Made by a program: the position numbers and the translations under genes. 64,000 bases of DNA from Candidatus Poribacteria bacterium (GTDB taxonomy: Bacteria > Poribacteria > WGA-4E > WGA-3G): the NCBI GenBank assembly GCA_963663765.2, contig CAXXUA010000008.1, forward strand, positions 32,001 through 96,000, written 5' to 3'. The number at the start of each line of letters is the position of its first letter. Positions within the stretch are counted from its first letter, which is position 1. A model generated the notes under the pieces. It was not told the DNA's origin. It was given only the letters and a program-made list of their open reading frames with translations, and did not search any database. This document shows positions 62,474 to 64,000 of the stretch, piece after piece.

Positions 62474-62535
62474 TAATTTCCTCCTCCGATATGCTACTAT
62501 TATTAAAATACATTATTTTGCTAAAAAACAATTTT

Positions 62536-64000
62536 CTATAGTTGGGTTCCTATGATTTCCATAGTTGCTTCAATAGCAGCGTTGACTTTTTCAAGATTAC
62601 GTGAACCGCCTTGTGCAAGTTCAGGACGACCCCCACCACGTCCATCCGCAATTTTGGTAATTGCTTGGATGAGTTTTCCAGCATTTAAACCACGATTCTT
62701 AACGAGATCGGGTGTAACACCCACAATAAATGCTGCATCATCCCCCGATACAGAAGCAAGTGTGACAACCCCAGACTCAATTCGGTTTTTCAACACATCC
62801 ACCATTTGCCGTAAACTATCTCTATCTGTTTTATCAATCCGTGATGCTACAACCTTCACACCATCAACAGATTTTGCCCCTTCAATCAAGTCATCAATAT
62901 TTGATAATGCGTTTTTACTTTTTAGTTGTTGAACTTGCTGTTCTAATTCCCTATATTCTTGAAGTAGTTGCGCAATTCTTTCCGGTAAATCTGTCTTCGG
63001 TGCTTTTAGCAAACTGGATACATTAGAAAGGAGTTGCTCATCATCTTGTATCGTTGAGAGAGCAACATCTCCAGTAAATGCTTCTACACGACGCACACCA
63101 GCCGAGATACTACTTTCACTCATCAGTTTTACAAAACCGATATCACCCGTTGCATAAACATGTGTTCCTCCACAGAGTTCAACACTGTATTCACCTGACT
63201 GTACCACGCGTACGATGTCACCATATTTGTCGCCAAAAAATGCCAATGCGCCTTTTTCTTTTGCTTGTTGCAACGACATTTCGTTTATTTGTATTACATC
63301 ATTGTGACGTATCTTCTTGTTAATGTAAGTCTCAATTTCACGCAGCTGCTCTGTTGAAACAGCCTCATAATGATTAAAGTCAAAACGTAATCTGCCTGCT
63401 TGCACAAGAGATCCCGCTTGAGCAACATGGGTCCCAAGGATATTCCGCAAACCACTATGAAGTAGATGGGTCGCAGTGTGACTCACTGCTATAGAACTAC
63501 GCCGTTTGCTGTCAATCTTTGCTTTTATTTTGGTAAATGGTGTGATTTCACCTTCAATCACCTTACACTTATGTACAATGAGGTCCGGAGAAGGTTTTAT
63601 CGTGTCAACAACCGCAAGTTTCGCATCAGAACATACAAGTGTACCCACATCGCCAACCTGTCCACCCGATTCTCCGTAAAACGGAGTCCGATTGAGCAGC
63701 ACGGATACCTCTTGATCTTGGGTTACTCTTGCTATCGATTCTGACCCGGCAATAAGCGCAACAATCTCTGCATCTGTCTCATGTTCAGAATATCCAACAA
63801 ATTCCGTGCTTCCAGTTTCTTTTAGTATTTCTGCATAGAGTGCGATTTCATCGTCATTTGCACCGCTACCGGCAGCTTGCCAGTCAGCACGTCCTCGTGC
63901 ACGCTGTGCTTCCATGCTATCTTCAAAACCGGTTTCATCTACTGTATACCCGCGCTCACGCGTCAGCAGTTGCGTCAGGTCAAGTGGAAACCCAAAAGTA
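62536..64000 (-). CDS. alaS: Alanyl-tRNA synthetase (3' part)
   Basis: FGFPLDLT, TPFYGESGGQVGD, HTATHLL, ELCGGTH, GGGRPELAQGG. Confidence 0.97.
   Translation of the reverse strand, partial: TFGFPLDLTQLLTRERGYTVDETGFEDSMEAQRARGRADWQAAGSGANDDEIALYAEILKETGSTEFVGYSEHETDAEIVALIAGSESIARVTQDQEVSVLLNRTPFYGESGGQVGDVGTLVCSDAKLAVVDTIKPSPDLIVHKCKVIEGEITPFTKIKAKIDSKRRSSIAVSHTATHLLHSGLRNILGTHVAQAGSLVQAGRLRFDFNHYEAVSTEQLREIETYINKKIRHNDVIQINEMSLQQAKEKGALAFFGDKYGDIVRVVQSGEYSVELCGGTHVYATGDIGFVKLMSESSISAGVRRVEAFTGDVALSTIQDDEQLLSNVSSLLKAPKTDLPERIAQLLQEYRELEQQVQQLKSKNALSNIDDLIEGAKSVDGVKVVASRIDKTDRDSLRQMVDVLKNRIESGVVTLASVSGDDAAFIVGVTPDLVKNRGLNAGKLIQAITKIADGRGGGRPELAQGGSRNLEKVNAAIEATMEIIGTQL

Overview
Bacterial chromosomal window with roughly 38-40% GC by eye. 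The gene content (tandem sulfatases, PhyH dioxygenase, BMC vertex protein, Gfo/Idh/MocA oxidoreductase, many TPR lipoproteins, MTase-HNH fusion) suggests a Candidatus Poribacteria-like genome; this is an inference. Housekeeping blocks include hisH, ribD-ribE-ribBA-ribH, pheA-queG, aroK-aroB, cimA, larB and the 3' part of alaS. Main discoveries: (1) Two genes that the ORF track splits at an in-frame TGA. In both, the TGA sits at a family-conserved Cys and is followed by a SECIS-like hairpin. One is a DUF5069-like protein (39840-40085; a selenoprotein form I do not know to be described) and the other is an AhpC/TSA-like UxxS protein (20447-20959). (2) A cassette-like array at 1-8.6 kb of five paralogous TPR lipoproteins alternating with relic N-termini of a secreted protein, joined by a shared ~110-bp block. 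(3) An extreme nested ecosystem of non-autonomous elements: at least seven MITE end-types that carry GTAG-type REP hairpins, plus a ~30-bp mini-hairpin that inserts into those REPs. (4) An intact tnpB-only IS200/IS605 element whose ends predict a TTAT TAM. (5) An uncharacterised four-gene DUF6754-type membrane cluster. No rRNA, tRNA or CRISPR array was seen.
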